In this document: positions 55,460-64,000 of the stretch, piece by piece
Layout of the letters: every line of letters starts with the position of its first letter
How positions within the stretch are numbered: position 1 is the first letter of the stretch
Origin: Dictyostelium discoideum
Lineage: Eukaryota
DNA length: 64,000 nucleotides
Direction of reading: 5' to 3'
Assembly (NCBI GenBank): GCA_000004695.1
Contig: CM000151.3
Location: 7,072,001-7,136,000 of the forward strand
Made by a program: the position numbers and the translations under genes
Notes under the pieces: generated by a model
What the model was told of the DNA's origin: nothing
The model's input: the letters and a program-made list of their open reading frames with translations, nothing else
Databases searched by the model: none

Positions 55460-55885
55460 TTTAAAATTTTAATAGTTTCTTGTTTAAAAATTAGAGTTTG
55501 ATTTAATATTTTTTTTTTCTAATTTGGTTACAATTTATAGTTTTTTTTTTTTCTAAAAAAAAGAATAAAAAAAACAAATAATTTTTTAATTTTATTTTTA
55601 AAATCATACTTTTTGTTTTTTCATTTCTATTTTTTTTATATCAAAAAACTTAAACTCCCCCCCCCCCATTATATTTTTCTATTTGACTTGTTATATTATT
55701 CATATGACTTGTTATAGTAATTATTATTATAAATGGGGCCTTTGGATTTTGAATTATCAAGAATTCTTAAAATAAAAAAGTCTTTAAAAAAAAAAAATAA
55801 AAAAAAAATTATTCATAAAATTAAAAAACTATAAAAACAAAAAATCAATTTTTAAAATATTAATTATAAATCAAAAAATAAAAAC

Positions 55886-56174
55886 ATGAGTATTTTCAGT
55901 AAGTATAATTTTTTTTAGAAATATTGTGTAAAATTTGTCATAAATATTTTAAAAATAATAATAAATAATTAATTACAATTATTCCTACAAAATAAATGTT
56001 TTAATAATTAAACCACTTTGTTGATCCCCCTAACATGGTGAATTTTTTAATTTCGAAATTTTTGCTCAAATTTTCCTGGATTTTACAATATTTAAATAAA
56101 TAAAATAAACTAAATTTAAACCCTTTTTTTAAATAAATATAGGTTCATTATCATCATTATCCACTGGTTCTTAA
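55886..56174 (+). pseudogene. truncated third hssA-like copy. Exon 1 at 55886–55898 (atgagtattttca|gtaagt), exon 2 from 56143. The reading frame stops after [14 protein letters not shown].
   Basis: The exon and phase architecture and the first 10 codons of exon 2 are conserved. Homology is then lost and an in-frame TAA occurs. Confidence 0.45.
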
Positions 56175-56288
56175 TTGGGTGCTTTACATTTTATTTATTT
56201 ATATAACTCTAAAAATAAACCATTTTAAAATTTATTTTTATTATTAATATTTATTTATATTTAAAATTTATTAATATTTAATTTTAAA

Positions 56289-64000
<7,712 letters not shown>

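Overview
The window is extremely AT-rich (about 78–80% AT overall, about 90% in intergenic DNA). It has long homopolymer A/T runs, introns of roughly 70–200 bp with GTAAGT or GTATGT donors and AG acceptors, and coding (CAA)n and (AAT)n tracts that give poly-Q and poly-N. There is a tRNA gene with an external B box and a 5'-truncated tRNA-targeted retroelement. This is the signature of Dictyostelium discoideum nuclear DNA, so prokaryotic feature classes such as CRISPR and operons do not apply.

Recognisable genes, each of which reads as a complete protein once introns are removed:
- an NPC1-like sterol-sensing-domain protein (minus strand, 3 exons)
- a 4-exon secreted glycoprotein gene whose introns consist largely of (AAT)n
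- an F-box/LRR-like protein
- ribose-5-phosphate isomerase A
- alpha-L-fucosidase (GH29, 4 exons)
- an SLC26/SulP sulfate permease (3 exons)
- the GATOR2 subunit MIOS (5 exons)
- a Q-rich giant protein
- a Regnase/ZC3H12-like NYN RNase-domain protein
- a small two-exon minus-strand gene at 44545–45037 (beta-sandwich resemblance is weak)
- a vWA/MIDAS protein
- a DUF4326-like protein
- a coiled-coil protein (3 exons)
- three hssA/2C/7E-like micro-genes (one truncated)
- the C-terminal part (more than 2,500 aa in view) of a giant minus-strand gene that runs off the window

The most interesting region is 160–8,850, with one more copy at 28.5 kb. It holds at least ten paralogous two-exon micro-genes on mixed strands. 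Each has a 10-nt first exon (ATG plus 7 nt), an AT-rich intron of 66–80 nt, and a second exon of roughly 140–170 nt. The products are 49–60 aa with a conserved N-terminus (MLFKSLISLSNK…), a hypervariable middle and an invariant C-terminus (F)FTRPNF[VIL]N[YF]. The cluster also contains conserved promoter modules: a G-rich box, a TTGTTGATATCAT block and TATAAATA at about −100. A CG-containing motif sits downstream of every stop codon. The copies are arranged as inverted pairs and near-identical duplicates, and the two assembly gaps fall inside this cluster. The exon architecture and N-terminal motif resemble the hssA/2C/7E small-protein family, but the C-terminus is distinct, so this may be an undescribed subfamily. 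Coordinates I derived by hand may be off by 1–2 nt.
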